Below are positions 25,901 to 40,186 of a stretch of 64,000 nucleotides of DNA, piece after piece (position 1 is the stretch's first letter; every line of letters starts with the position of its first letter). Source of the DNA: the human T2T-CHM13v2.0 reference genome, Homo sapiens. The stretch lies in the NCBI RefSeq assembly GCF_009914755.1, contig NC_060946.1; one strand, 5' to 3'. Both the position numbers and the translations under genes were made by a program. The notes under the pieces are model-generated. The model ran no database searches and was not told the origin of the DNA. It saw nothing but the letters and a program-made list of their open reading frames with translations.

Positions 25901-26839
25901 TGCTGGTGGCAGCCCGTGTGAGGGTTCCTCTGGGCTGTCTGCCTGCCTGGACCTCACCCACTCTCCTGCGTGTATCTGACTAGAACCCGGTCCTAGGGCT
26001 CCACGGTTCTCTTTTTATTCTGAAGACCTATTGCTTCCTGGTTAAGTGCTCTGAGATAAATTGTTACTAATGTTGGGAAGCAGATCTTTTTGTCCTCAGG
26101 TTGGGTTGACCAATACAAGGTTATATCTCTCAGTCATGCGTTCAAAACAATGGGTTCAAAAATCCAGACTGGGTCAGCGCAGTGGATTCCTCTTCCCTGG
26201 GTGAGAAACCACCGCAGCCTCCTACGGGGTTCCCCCCCTGGCCCCTGGGGGCACCGTGTCAGATCAGCGCAAGCTCAGGGTCCCCAGGCCGAAGTGGGTT
26301 CCTCCTCTGCTTGTGGCTGGCGGGCGTCGGTGGCTGGTCATGGCATCTCAGCTGCTCCCCGCTTCCATGGGATGGTGACCCCTCAGCCCACAGGCACATT
26401 CACTAGAGAGTTTCTGGCCGGCCACAACCCCCCACGTAGCTGGTCCTGACGAGGCTGTCGCAGTTGCGCTCTCTGTCGCTTCTAAGTCCCAAAGCCACAC
26501 TTAGGGCCACTCTTGGTGGCTCTCCTTGCTTATGAGATGGAACTAGTATTTACTGAGTGTGCTTGGCCCATTTATATTTGTCATCTCATTTAACTCTCGT
26601 GATGAGAAAGGTGGCGTTTTCCCATTTTACAGGCCCGGGCACGGGGCCTCTGAGAGAGAAAGCATCGGCCGTGGCGGCAGAGCAGAGGAGGGACGGGGTC
26701 CAGATGTCTGTGACCCTTCGGGGGAGACGCAGGATGCCAGGGTGGGTCACGGGAAGCTTGCTGGAAGGGAGACCCCCTGAGAGCGTTAGCTGTGGGAGAA
26801 AAGCACTCGGGCTAATTGGAACGAGGATTGACTGAATAG

Positions 26840-27315
26840 GACAAGAAAAGGAAAAAAAAAATCACAGCCGATTTCATTCTGATATTAAAGGAGGTCCGAG
26901 GCAGGCAGTTCCAGGCTGGAACAGCAGCCTCGGTGCTTTCAGAAACACAGTTTCCTTTCTGTCTTCTCTGCTGTCTGTGGCTTCCATTCTCAGAGGCACC
27001 TCGTGGCCTGAGATGGCTGCTGAAACTCCAGCCATTGCATCCATAGTCCAGCCTGGCAGCAGGAGGATAAAAGGCACCTTTCCCTGCCAAGACAGCTTCC
27101 TCTATAAGCTTCTCCTGAATTCCACCCACTGCTTCCAAATGCAGCTCACGTTCATGAACTGAGTCATGTGGTCATATCTGACTTCAAGGGAGCCCGGGAA
27201 ATGCAGTATTTTAGCAGGGCTTGTGCCTCCTTTCATGAAGAAAATTAAAGTTCTGTTCCTAAAGACGGGGAGGGTGGCTGAATGGCTGTTGAGTGGTACT
27301 TGGCAGCCCCTGCCA
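26840..27315 (-). mobile_element. Old MaLR LTR (MLT1J/K/L-like)
   Basis: AGATGGCTGCTGAAACTCCAGCCATTGCATCC..CCAG and GTCATGTGGTCA..CTGACTTCAAGGGAG.C.GGGAAATG.AGT are typical of old MLT1 LTRs; boundaries approximate. Confidence 0.6.
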
Positions 27316-27860
27316 TGGTGCTCCAAGCAGAGGAAACAGCATGGGCGGTGACCCAGGGGCCAGGAGAGGCTGCAGGCAGAAAGGCGTGAGAGAAGGGGGC
27401 CCGGTCTGCCTGGGGGAGGTGGGTTCGAGGGGGAAAGAGGTAAGGAGGCGGCCATGCAGGTGGACGGGCAAGGGAAAAGGGAGGAGCTGTGGCCGTCGTG
27501 CAAGCGAAAGATGAGAGATACCACCCAGGAGTGAGCCGGGAAGCAGGTGCGTTTGCAGGATGCCTAGGAGGTGTGCCTAGAACCCGCAGGGTGTGGTGAC
27601 AGATTGCAATGGCTGGGGGAGGGGGCACAGGGCAAGGTCAGAGAAGAAGGAGAAGAAACTGGGGACGATGTCTGCATTTGTTTATTGGGTGACTGGCCGA
27701 GTGCTGTCGCCAGAGATCAAGGTAAAGACCCACAAGGGCAAAGGCAGCTTGACAGGGGTGACGATGAGTCCCGTGTGGAGGCGGGGAGTGGACAGAGCCT
27801 GTGGGAGGTCCGGGGACACTGGACTGGCCTGTGGCTCTGAAGGTCCGCAGAAGTCACTCT
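27316..27860 (-). mobile_element. Degenerate L2 fragment
   Basis: CCAAGCAGAGGAAACAGCATG and later GA-rich segments resemble the antisense L2 body. Confidence 0.45.
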
Positions 27861-27880
27861 TGGGCATGGGAGGGTGGGCA

Positions 27881-27940
27881 GAGAGTAGGAGGAGGTGTGA
27901 GTGGCTGTGAGAGAGTAGGAGGAGATGTGAGTAGCTGTGA
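27881..27940. repeat. 2 x 30-bp duplication
   Basis: GAGAGTAGGAGGAG(G/A)TGTGAGT(G/A)GCTGTGA twice. Confidence 0.85.
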
Positions 27941-30900
27941 CTGCGAGTGGATGAGGAGGGCCAGGAAGAGGGCGCGTGGCTGGCGGGAGCAGGGGAGCTC
28001 CGGGACCTCCTGGGCCTCCAGCACTGTCTCCAGGCCATGACTTCTCCTTCCTGCTGTTGAGGAACAGACATGTCCCCGGAGCAGGGCGGTCCTGTGTGCC
28101 CCTGTCACCCTCCCCTCCAGCCCACCTCCTCACACTCTGCGCTTTTGAGAGCTGTTCCTAGTGTCCTGGTATGGCCCTGCCACGCGCTGAGTGAGTCTGA
28201 GCCATGAGTGACCTGCTCACCCTCTGAGCTCTGTGTCGTGACGTTTGGCTTGGTTTCATCTCTGACTGACCGTAGCTGCAGCCTTTACTTGTCACGCGCG
28301 GGACACTGTCATGGCCTGGAAATGCCCCCCCGCTTGAAATTACGACTCTTTGACTGCAGTTTTCCCCCTTCCTTAAACATCACCTAGTATGGGGCTGGCA
28401 ATGTGCAGACACTGTCCATCCCAGCCCCAAACCCGACAGCGTGCCAGGCTGGCTCCCTGAAGCCCTCAGGAAGCTGGGGGACCCCAGCAGTGCCTGTCCT
28501 GTCAGCCTGCCCTGGAGCAGGTAGCGGTTGCCTTTAGCAGGCAATGTGCCCGGAGCTGTCCGAGTTCAGACGGCAGCTCTGTTAGGCAGGGAGTGATGGC
28601 GGCTGCTCTGGGACATGTGCCCAAGGTCCGGGATGCCAGAAACACAGCCCACACGGCTGCTCTTCCCCTCCCCACTCTCAGCGGCCCCCTCCTGGTGATT
28701 TCTGCTTTAGGAGCAGAAGCAGCCTGGCAGACCTGGCCTTGTCCTCTGGCGTTTTCACTCGGGATCGCTGTGGGAAGAGCCTTGTAGATAAGCACCTGAC
28801 TGAGGGTGCCTCCTCTAGAAGTGGGCGTCCTTCCCTGCTGCCCGCTGGGCATTTCTTGAGCGGCATCTCCAGGGATGACGTGGCCACAGCATCTTGGCCC
28901 CAAACACCGCAAGGCAGGAAGTCTTCACGGGCTGAAAAAGACGAAGGGCTGCGCCAGGATTTGCAGTGTCCTCTGTGTGTTGATCAGAAGTCTCAGCCGT
29001 GTGCCTAGGGATGAAATGGAAGGGCAGCGTGATGGGGACGCTCCATGCCGAGCCCATGTTTTCAGCACTGAAAGGCGCTTTTCTCTTTAGAATTCCTTTT
29101 TTGGAAAAAAAAAAAATGAAATGAATTACAAGGACAGTATACATCGCTGTGCCATGAGAGACTCCTCGGAAGGCGGATGTATTGAGGTGTCACCTTCCCA
29201 GGGCTGTCCTCCCGGCGGGCTGGCCAGCTCTGGCAGCTGCCACCCTGTCCCGGCTGGCTGTCACTGTCTTTTTATTTTTAGCCCTGGTTTGGTCCAGAAC
29301 GTCACAAGATTTTCAAACTAATAACTGGATTGTCAAAGAAATCGGCTATCAGAGCCTGCACTCCGGGCTCCCAGGATGGTCTGGGAGTGGGAGAGAGGGA
29401 GGGAGGTGGGAGCCGCCCTGGGGATGCCCGGCCACTGTGGACCAGTGACCATGTTGGGCAGATGGTTGCATCGTCACTGACAGAACTCAAAGGCATGAGG
29501 GCCGGCGAGGACGCGTAACACTTGACATCACAGCAGCCTGCAAAGGGGCAAAGGAAGCCCCTCTTCCCAGACACCACGGCCGTTCTCCCACGGTCTCCTG
29601 TGCTCACAAGACAGAGGATGGGCTGGCGCCAGCGCAGACCCCCACCCGAGTGCCCACCCTCAGGGGCGGTGGTGCGGACGGGCGCAGCCTGACCTTTCTG
29701 TGCGGAGCTACCTTCTTGTCTTCTGTGTATCAGGTGGTATTCTGTATTCTTTGATCTCCTAGTTAAAAGGGCACTGAGTGTGATAGAAAGGTTAAAAATA
29801 AGGTAAATAAGGATGAACTTTTCATAGGCAGTTTTCCTACCAGGACCTCTACGGCCCTCCTACGTCTGTGGTGTGTGCCCAGCGTCGTGTTATGTGTGAC
29901 ACCGGGTTCATCAAGTGCCTCCCACTCAGCCCCTCCCCCTGCTGGTGAGCCCCCTCCCCACGTGGAGTTTCCTGTCCTCCCAGATGGCTGAAGGCAGGGC
30001 TTCTTATCTCTTGGAGAAGCTGGTCAGTGTTGACCGCCCACAGAAAACCCATACCCCATGGTTTCACAGGCTCTGCGGAAGGTGACAGGTAGTGTCTGGG
30101 CTGGGACCAATCAGGGGCTGGACTATCTGACAGCAGTTCAGGCTCCTGGCTTCCACGTGAAGATGTCATTCTAAGTTTCAGGGCCAAGTAGGGACACATT
30201 TAGTGGGGACAGCCCCTGTAACCCTCTCCGAGAGACAGGGTTGTATGGTAGTCAGGTCCAGTGGCTCGAGAGGGCAGCCCTGCTGATGGGGGAGGCGGCA
30301 GCCCTGCCACGGGCCGGCTGCTTGACCCTGAGCTGTCGCTAGGCTTCTTGAGCGGCCGTCTCCTCCCTCGGACATGGTGGGTGTGGAGGACACCTCACAG
30401 TTGTTAGATCGATGCCTAGCTTGAGGCTGGCCGGAGTGAACACCAGGATGGGCAGCCTCACAGAGGCGACCAGAAGAGGGACCTGGGGCAGGCTGGGGAG
30501 GTGAGGGTGGGCCTGAGGCTGTCAGAACTCCCCTCCCTGCACCCTTCTCCTGTCCACTCCTGGGGGTGTCCCTCTCTACCCTCACAGCACAGTCTCCCTC
30601 CCCGGGCTGGGTCACACTGTCACCTGATGGATCCGTGTAAGTGCACTTGCCTGCGTAGCCATCCGGCAGCCCTCCCCTTCTCCGGCCCCTCAGCTGCTAC
30701 CCGGGAGCCACTGCTGCCCGCACCGACCACCCGATGCTCAGCAGGGTCTGCATGCTGCACCCATTTGCCGTCTCCTTCTGTCGTCCTGGCCACAGCCCCA
30801 TGGTCTTCAGTCCCATGAACCTTGGAGGCTTCCAAGGCACCGGGCTGCTTGTGCATCAGTGTGGGTTGCACCTGGTACCATTCCCATCCAGAGGGACAGA

Positions 30901-32771
30901 TGTCAGCACTGGGCCCTATGGAGGGGCAGTGGCCAGGCACTGGGTGCCCCCGGTGTGCAGGTGATGCAGGATGCAGAGTGGCCATCTGGGGGTGCAAGGC
31001 GCCTCCTGTGGGGGTGATTCGTCTCCTTGCAGTGCTCCTGTGTTGGCTCTTTTCACGTAGGAATTATTTCAGCATCTGGGAGAGCAGCATGCAGAGTCAC
31101 CGTGGCACACGTGCTGTAGTCCGCGGCTCCTCCCACCTGGAGAGAGAAACCACTCCGGGCATGTGAAGCCCTGTGGGACAGAGCTGCACTATCCTGCACC
31201 TCTCAGCCGCTTTCCCGATCTCTTTTTGGTGTTCGTGATTCAAGTTCGTGACTGCAGACTCTGACACCGCACACGTTATCTCTCATTATTTGGCGGCTTG
31301 GAACTTGTGTGTTTGTGGTGTGTGCACGTGTCCGTCTAGATGAACTGAAGCTGTGGCTGGGGTCTGCTGTAGGTGTCCTTGCCGCTGCACGGGCCAGGAT
31401 GTGGTTCTCCCACCTTGCCTACCCATTCTGCACCTGGCCTCGCAGGACGGCGGGTGCGCTGTGGTGGCCCTTCCCACACGTGCGTCCCATGGCTCCTCGC
31501 TTCAGAGCGTGCCGTCGTGAGCTCCGTGTGGCCGTGCAGTTGCCCTTTCCGGTTCTGGTTCCACAGCTCGCTGACCCTCGCTCCGAGTCTGCTGGTGAGG
31601 CGGTGTGGCTCAGCTCCCAGCCTCACCTTCTCTTCCCAAGGGCTGGGTAGGGCCGGTGCCCAGATGGTGGCCCAGGACAGTGGGGATCTGTCTGGAGGCC
31701 CAGCTGTGAGTTGGGGGCATCTATACAAGTCACCCACCCCCCAAGCCCTCATTCTTTCTTTACTGAGATGCCAGTTACCCCTGCCATGCTGGGTGTGAGG
31801 CAGGGGTAACTGGGGGACTCCAGGCAGGTGCTCGGTGGCTGGATGGGCGTCGTGGCTCTTAACTGGGTCTTCCCTGTGCTGCCCGTCACCCTCCAGCCGG
31901 CAGGCGTGCCTGGGCTTCCCCTACGGCCATCCTTGCACCCCCACCCCTGCATCTGTGAGGGCGCGTCTCACCCAGCACCACGGCCTTCCAGGACGCCGCA
32001 GCTCCAGGAGTCAGGCTGAGGCTCTGGCTCGTGTGGGTTCTGCACCCAGCCCCTCCCTGACCTGGGGTCCAGTATGGCCTCGACCAGCACTCAGCGTTTG
32101 CATGCTTCTGCAGTTGACATACTAGAAACTTAGCAGGATCAGCTCTACGTGACCCAGACGCTTAAGCACATTGAGAGCTGCAACAATAAAGTGCTTAAGA
32201 AAGTCCCAGGTAGAGGAGTTTGTAAAGGAGGGTTCTTTAGCACTGTCATTCGTCTTGGATGAGAGTGGAGCACTTCTTCTTAGGAACACAAAAAAAGAAG
32301 AAAGGGGAGAGGAGAGGCACTGAGGGCGGAGAGAGGCAGCAGTCCTGGGTAGGGGGCAGTTCCCCCCCCAATCTGAAAAGCCCTGGGATACCCAGCCCCG
32401 ACAGGTTCTTCACACATGGATCACGGCCCACCCTCTGCACAGCCCCGTGGGCAGGCTGTGCCCGCCCTCCCAGTCCTGTGTGTGGGAGGAGGGCCGGGAG
32501 CCCAACTGCCAGACCCAGCATGGGGCCTCTGCTGCGTCCTGCTCAGGACCCCCTGCAGAGGACACACCACACAGCTCTGGTTTCTTCGGCCAGGTGGCCC
32601 GTCCTGTGGAAGGGACAGGGCAGCGGAGCCTCACATCTCAGGAAGATAGCATCATTGGTGTCACCATCCTGCCTCAGCCAGAGGCACCTGCACAGGGTCC
32701 CGCAGCCACCAGCCAGGGCAGGACCTGCGTCCAGAAAGGAGGCAAGGCAGGCGCAGGTCCCCTCCCCAGGC

Positions 32772-33950
32772 CACACACACACACACCACAGTTACCACAT
32801 AAATACACATCACATGCACTCACCATGTACACACACACACACCATGTATACACAGACACCACACACAACACACACCATGTATGCACACAGATAACACCTC
32901 ACCATATATACACACACACACACCATGTATACACACACACCATGTATACACAGACACCACACACAACACACACCATGTATACACACAGATAACACCTCAC
33001 CATATATACACACACACACCAGTTACTGTGTACACACATCACACACACCATGTGTGCGGATACTACACACACAACACACACCACGCACACACACCATACA
33101 CCATGTATGCACACAGACACCACACACAAAATATACCATGTATGCACGCAGACAACACACACCATGTATACACACACTACACACCCCACACACACCATGT
33201 ATACATACACACACGTGTATACACACACACCATGTATTCACACAAAGCACATACACTCATGTATACACACAGACACACCACACACCACACTCTCACCATG
33301 TATACACACAGACACCATACAAACACACAGCATGTATACACACAGACACCACACCCACATGCCATGTAAACACACAGACAACACATACACGACATGCATA
33401 CTCACCATGTTTACACACAGCACACACACGATGTATACTCACATTACACACACACTACACACACACCACAGTTATGTACACGTATCACACCATGTGTACA
33501 TACACTATACACACACACCACACATGCACCACATACCACGTATATACACAGTACACACATGCACATAGACACGCCATGCACCACACACCACATATACACA
33601 CGCACACTACACAAACACTGCACACCATTCATCATGTATACACACTAAACACCCACACCACACACTCACACAGACCCTACACATGCACCACATACACCCA
33701 CAGCACACAACCCCCACACACGCACCACACTCCACATACAGACACAACATCCTCACATAGTGCACCCACCATACATGCACACATCCTCCACACCACACAC
33801 ATGTGCCACATACATGTGTCACATGCACATCACAAAACTACACAGCACACATACAAACCATACAGGTGACTCACACACACCCCACACACACACTGCACAC
33901 CATATACACACATGTGCATCACACACCACACACACAGGACTTGCATACAC
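32772..33950. repeat. About 1.2-kb degenerate (CA)n / CACACCATGTATA low-complexity tract
   Basis: Continuous CA-rich sequence with a recurrent CACACACCATGTATACAC motif. Confidence 0.95.
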
Positions 33951-36491
33951 TCAGCACGTGAGGTGGAGGAGGGTGGGGGAAGGGCAGGGGAGGCCGGGCC
34001 GCCCAACCCCTTCCTTGGTTTCCCCGCCGCTCCTTCTCCTTCACACAGCCTGGGTTGTGCTTCCCGTGCAGACACTCAGTGCTGGGAATCACGTGTGGAC
34101 AGGACGTGGACACCGCCTGATCGAGGAGCCAGGGTGGGGTGGAGCTGGAGCACGTGGTCAGGATACAGGGTGGGTGCCCAGCAGAGTTCTCAGGTTCCGT
34201 GTGAGGGGCCCTCCCTTGCCGCTCACTGGGGATCCGGGGCCAGGCTCTGCCGTCCCCCTGGAATCATGTGGCCCATTGATCCTACCCGCCTGGGAGAAGG
34301 GAACGTCCTGGTCCTGGTCAGCGGGTGGAGGTCTTCACAGGGCCGCCGGTAGCTGACGCAGCTGCAGCCCCAAGCACAGGGCCAGGGCATCCTGCAGGCC
34401 ACGTGGACACCTGGGCTCCGGGGCAGTGGGAGGTCTAGGCCTGCGCCTCCCCAGCCCCGTCCTCTCTACCTCACCCCGGACCACATGCTGGATTGAATAT
34501 GAAAGTACAGGGGTCTTCGCTGGAGCCGTGCCATGACTCACTATTTTTAAATGTCTGAAATTTGAATCTTTGAATCATTTGCACCTTGACCTGTTCTCTT
34601 ACTAAGTTTTCCATGACACCTGACACGACCAAGCCACGGGGACCGAGATGGCAAAGGGAAGGAGTATCCCATGGGAAAATGATAAAAACGGGCAGGAGAT
34701 CCCAGGCGGGTCATTCCCTGGCACCCCATGCCCTCCCCCCAGCTACCCTCCTCTTCAGGACCCGCAGGCGCTGTGGAGCCCAGCAAGCCCCAGGAACCTC
34801 CTAGCCAGTCTTCCACCCTCCTGCGGTTTAGGAGGGACCCCGGGGGCCTTGGCTGCTCCCTGAGCCTTTCTCAGTTCTAGAAAAACTGAGGTTTCCAGGG
34901 TGCTGGGAAGAAGGGGGGCAGCCCACCTGCCACAGCACATGCTGGTCAGGCCCTGCCTCCCAGCTGGCCCTGGGGACACCAGGTGACCATGGAGGTGTAC
35001 CTCCCTGCTGGGGAGGGAGCACTGCCAGGAGAAACCTCTAGAAAGAGACGGTGCCTGGATTGTCTTTTAGAAATTGAAATCATGTTTTCAATACATGCCC
35101 TTGTGAAAAAAAAAATGGAAAACAGAAATTGAAAGACGACAACTGGAGGACAGCTATTTTCCCTCCCAGGCTGGCGACTGTCGGGGGCGGTCCATCTCCT
35201 GCCCACCCTGCTGCCGTGAGTCTCTTGGTATGGGGGGCACTGGGCTTCCCGCCTGGCTGCCACCTCTGCTTCTCAGTAACCTTTACACTCACAGGAGTTG
35301 CCAGCATCGTTATGTTTTTTTCAACCACAGATTTTTTAACTGCTAAATAAATAAACATTTCGTTACATGGATAGACCAAAATTGCCTTCAACACACTAGC
35401 AGAGTTGGCTTTTTTTCCCTCTCACCTGTTACTGTGAAAAAGTTTAAAATACAGAGAGGCAGAAAGCATGATTCAGGGACAACCACCTAGTTTTAACAGC
35501 TGGCAGCATTTGCTGTGTTTGCTTGAGTGACCTGGAGCAAGGGGCTGAGTGTCTCGTCTTGGGTGCACACCTGGAAATGAGTGGCAGAGGCAGCGCCTGG
35601 ACCCTGTGTGCCAGCCAGGTGGCTCCTGGGAAAGCCCTTCTGCGCAAGTGTGTGCCGTGGGCTTGTGGACCCGACAGTGTGAGCTTGAGCTCTCTAGCGT
35701 CCGCGAATACCCAGGGGCCCTTCGAGCATCCTCAGCTGTTGCCCAGATGTCCCTGGGGATAACTGAGCCAGCCCCAGAGTGAGCTGCCGGCGCTCTTGCA
35801 TTTTTCGGGGTGGTAGCAAGCCCCGTCTTCTGGCACCGCTGAGCGCCTTTGCATTGTGTAAGGACTGCAGGGCCTCCTCGCTCCGGACACCTCTCCTGTT
35901 CCTGTATTTTGCCAGTTCCTTTAAGGATTTTGACCTGTTTGTCTCTTTCAAGAGCTCTTTCCATATGAATGCCAGCATTTCCTCCTTTCTAATAAAAATG
36001 ACAAGTGTTTCTTCCATTTTTTCATTTATCTTTTGCCTTTATGTGTATATAAATATATGAGAGCTACCGGGTGTTAGTTTTCATTTGAAAGGTTTTTTTT
36101 TTTTTTTAAGGTTTTGTGTATTGAACTTACCGGTCTTGTATTCCTCCTGGACTGGGAGTCATAGTTCCCAAGGCTTTCCCGCCTCTGAGGGGTGAAGGAC
36201 TCAGCATGTTTCACCTGGTGCTGTCATGTTTTCACTTTGTGCGTTCAATCTCAGGTCCCCGTGGCATTGACTGAGGCCCCCGTGGAGTTGCCATGGCGTG
36301 TGGTGTGAGGGGAGAGACGACTCTCACTTCTCCAGTACCCTTGACCGAGCCTCCTGCATAGCCCAGGGACATGTAGCCATTGGCCTCGGCAGCTTCGAGG
36401 TTTTCTTTCTTCCTTTGGCTGTGAACAACAGTGCACAGATGAGCACCTTTCTATAGTCATCTTCCCCCAAGCCTCAAGATTGTCCTCCAGG

Positions 36492-36749
36492 CAGAGTCAG
36501 AGGAGTGGGACTGTGGACCCGGTGCAGGGAGAGTCGTGGGAATGGGACTGCGGACCCGGTGCAGGGAGAGTCGTGGGAATGGGACTGCGGACCCGGTGCA
36601 GGGAGAGTCGTGGGAATGGGACTGCGGACCCGGTGCAGGGAGAGTCGGGGGAGTGGGACTGCGGACCCAGTGCAGGGAGAGTCGGGGGAGTGGGACTGTG
36701 GACCCGGTGCAGGGAGAGTCGGGGGAGTGGGACTGCGGACCCGGTGTAG
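36492..36749. repeat. About 7 x 37-bp G-rich VNTR
   Basis: GGGAGAGTCG(T/G)GGGA(A/G)TGGGACTG(C/T)GGACCCGGTGCA, period 37 (e.g. 36601, 36638). Confidence 0.95.
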
Positions 36750-39396
36750 GCACTTCCTCGTGGTCTTGATATGTAGGCCCTCCCCTCGAGCAGGATTTAA
36801 AGCACACACCATGTGTCTGAAAGTTTCAGAATTACAGACCACACCATGCCCACGCCCAATCTGCGAACCCCACCTCAGGTGGGAACCCTGCTCCCTAGAA
36901 ATACCCTTTGGCCCCGGAGACCAAAGGAGACGGGGCAAGTGGAGCTGGGCCTGGGCCAGGTGGGCACTGACCAGGCAGGCGTGCCAGTGGCCAGGGTGGG
37001 CAGGTTTGCCTCCCCTGTGGTTCCTTTTCCAACAAGCACTGCCCCCCCGCCCGGCCCCTGGCTGCCCCACCCAGACAGAGGGACAGGAGGACCATGGCCA
37101 TCGAAGGCTTGGGAGGCCCACCCTGAGCAAACAGCCCCTCTTTGTCTGGCATCCAGGGCAGAGGCCATGGGTCCCCTCCCAATGCCTGCACTCATCCTCA
37201 TCCTCTCTGGGGACCCCATTTGTCTTGCTTGCCCTCTCCCCATAATTCCTGCTCACAATAGTCTCTGAACCTTTAAATGCCATTCTTAGGAGGCTGAAAC
37301 CAAAGGTCCCTGGTTGCAGTGTCGAGACAGGCAGGGCCTCCTGGAGCACAGGTGCATCTGAAGGTGGTAGGGTCGGTGTGTGCGATTCAGTCCTCACGGA
37401 GTCTTGAAAGGTGACCTGGAGTTACACAGAAGGCAGACGGGTGAGGTTGCAATGGGAAAGGGACAGCCATGGTTGCTGTGGGAGCCTGAACAGCCAGGAG
37501 AGGGCAGAGGGTAGGAGGGAAGGGCGGTGGAGGGAAGCAAGGAAAGCACAGGCCTCTGTGCAGGAGCCTGGGACAGGCACTGCCTCTGAGGGGTGGGCAC
37601 AGCACGGTGCTGCCAGTGCTACCAGTGCCTGCATGCAGCCGGGGCTCATGGCATCTGGATCTCAAGCCACCCGGTCCTGACACCTGCACCACGGGGTCGT
37701 TTCCTCATGCACACACTTGCACCACTGAGCAGGGTTCATGAGCACTGGGACGCCAAGAGTCCAGTGGGTCGCCTGTCCCAGGATAACTGCACATGTCAGC
37801 ACCAAGTTCATCATTAGGCTGTGAGCAGCCCATGGCCACCTTGGGAAGATGGCCGTACTTCTTTCCAGTGGCAACACCTCCAAGGCCCATGCTTTTCCTT
37901 GTACGAAGCAGCCATCACCGCGCCAGGTAACAGAGCTGAGCCCTGTGTCTCTGACGCTGCTGTGCGGAGGTCTGAGCCGGCTTCAGATGAGCCCGAGGCC
38001 TCCGTGGGCTGCGCCAAGGGTGAGGCAAAGCTGGCCCAGCCACGTGAAGCTGCGTGTCACAGAGGGTGTGCACTGGAGCAGGAGCCCCTCCCCGCAGGCC
38101 GTTCTCATTTGTACAGGAAAAGGCACACACTCTGCCGGCTCCTTAGACACGGGCCTCTGTGGCCTCGGTCACCAGCTTGAAGTCCTGTTTGACAAGCCCA
38201 GTGTACTCTCAGCAGGTCTTGTTAGGGAACTGATTTGGAGGCACTTGTCACTTATGCATGTCCAGGGCAGCCCCTCGTCACCTGAGTGTGAAGGACAGGC
38301 AGGACCTGGGGAGTGTCAGGTTGAGCTCCTCCTAGGGAGGTTTTTCGGCGAGGGTCCCAGCCTGCCTGGGGCATGGGACGGCCTGTGCCTTGGCATGGCC
38401 TGTGTGTCGAGTGCTGGGTCTCCCCTGCCCTTGCTGAGGAGACTGGCGGTCTCTCGGCCACAGAGGGTTCCTGGGCCTGTTTCCTAAGGCTGAATGTCAG
38501 TGTCGAGTCAGGAATTTCCCAGCCCAAATGGAGACACGGGAGGAAGGAAATGGCCTCATTCAGGAACTTGAAGTGGGCCAAGCACAATCTGCGGGTCTTC
38601 TGCAGCCTGAAGTTCACTGGGGTCGCTCCGCTGGCAGCGCTGACAGCAGCGGACCTTTTCGCCATGATTTCATCTCAGCTGGTCCCATTCCTTCCTCTGC
38701 ACATGTACGTCACGGAAGCGGATACTTCATGTTGAATATGGATTCAGACCCTGCAGCCCCTGCGCAGGAGGAATACAAATGCTCCACTGTCTGCAGAAAG
38801 GCCCGGGGGTTTGGGTAGGATCAACGATCTTTGACCTCTGTAATGTGTGGTCCATGGAGACTGTTGTCATTTCGGGAGTAGGAGTGACAGTGAGGGGCCA
38901 GTGAGACCGAGAGGGGCCTATCCGGTGCTCACTCCAGCCTCTCCACAGGGCAGGGGGTGGAGTCCAGGCATGGCAGGGCCTTTGTTCTTGTTCTGGCCTC
39001 AGCCCTCCTGGCCTCCTCCTGCTCTGTCAAGTGTGGCCGTCGTCCCCTGTGATTGCCAGGGCTCGTGATTGCCAGGGCCCTGTGGTGAGGAGGATGTGTC
39101 AGGGGTAGGGGAGTGACTCGTGTTTGCCTGTCTCGCTCCAGGGGGTGCGCGGACCCCTTCAGCCCTCATGGCACCTGCGAAGGGCTCCTCTGCCACCTCC
39201 CAGGAGGTGCCTGCAACTCTTGCAGATAGAGGGCAGTGGTCATGATGAGCACGAAACAACAGGGCGAGTTTCTGGAGCTCTTTGCACCAGCACGGGTATC
39301 GCTGCCCCTCTCGCCTGGGGGTGGCTCCCCTCGCCATCGCCATCTCATAGACAGGGGCTTGTCCTCCAGGGACAGTGCTTGGAGAGCCAGGTCTAG

Positions 39397-39455
39397 CCTG
39401 CTGGGCTCTGGAGCAGGCATGTCGCCTGCCTGGCTCTAGAGCAGGCATGTCGCCC
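39397..39455. repeat. 2 x 28-bp duplication with internal inverted repeat
   Basis: GCCTGCTGGGCTCTGGAGCAGGCATGTC / GCCTGCCTGGCTCTAGAGCAGGCATGTC. Confidence 0.75.
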
Positions 39456-40186
39456 GCCCCACTGCCCCCGACAGTGGTATGGGGAATGGGACTGCAGTGT
39501 GGGTGCCACAGGGTTGCCGGGCTTGCTGCATGCCTCCTGGGACAAGTTGCCCAGCCTGTCCGCTCCTCAGGTTCCTCACCTAAAAGACGGAGGGGTCAAG
39601 AGAAATGCCCGAGGGCCTCCTGCTGGGAAATGTCATGCTGCTGCCCTGCCCCCCGGACCCCGGGGGTCCTCAGCGGCCTCCCCAGGTGGCATCAGGGCCT
39701 CCCCACTGCAGACAGCTGGCACTCCACAGCACCTGCTGTGGTTAGGGTTTCTCACCAGGCTGCACACGCGGAGTGTCAGGAGGCTGTGGAAAAGCAAATT
39801 AAACCAATTAACCCTGCTCCCCGCGTCGCATGTCACCGTGGTGAATCCTGTTTCATCTTTCTCTGTTAGGGGAAGAAAATAACAAGAGTAGGCAAATGGG
39901 CCTTTTAGCCCCATCGTGATTAATTTATTCATCTTTGCATGTTGGCAATTTGTAAACTTCTGACTTGAGTAGCTTTTAAGTGGACCTCTGTGTGCTCTCT
40001 GCTGTGCCCGGGAGCAGGTGTTGACGAGTTTTGCCACTGCACGCACAGCCCTTCCTGCTGCCTGGGGGAGCCTTCCGGTATCTTCAGTGTGCACAGAGGG
40101 TCCAGGGGAGGGAAGCACTGGTCAGTGCTGCCAGCAGACCCTGGCCTGGAGCAGGCAGAGGAGGGAGGCAGGATTTATACCTAGAA

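Noticed and set aside
32881-33869. His/Thr-rich and Cys/Val-rich ORFs
   Set aside because: Artefact of the CA-rich tract.
39410-39455. p53-like half-sites AGGCATGTCG twice
   Set aside because: Imperfect and 18 bp apart; explained by a 28-bp duplication.
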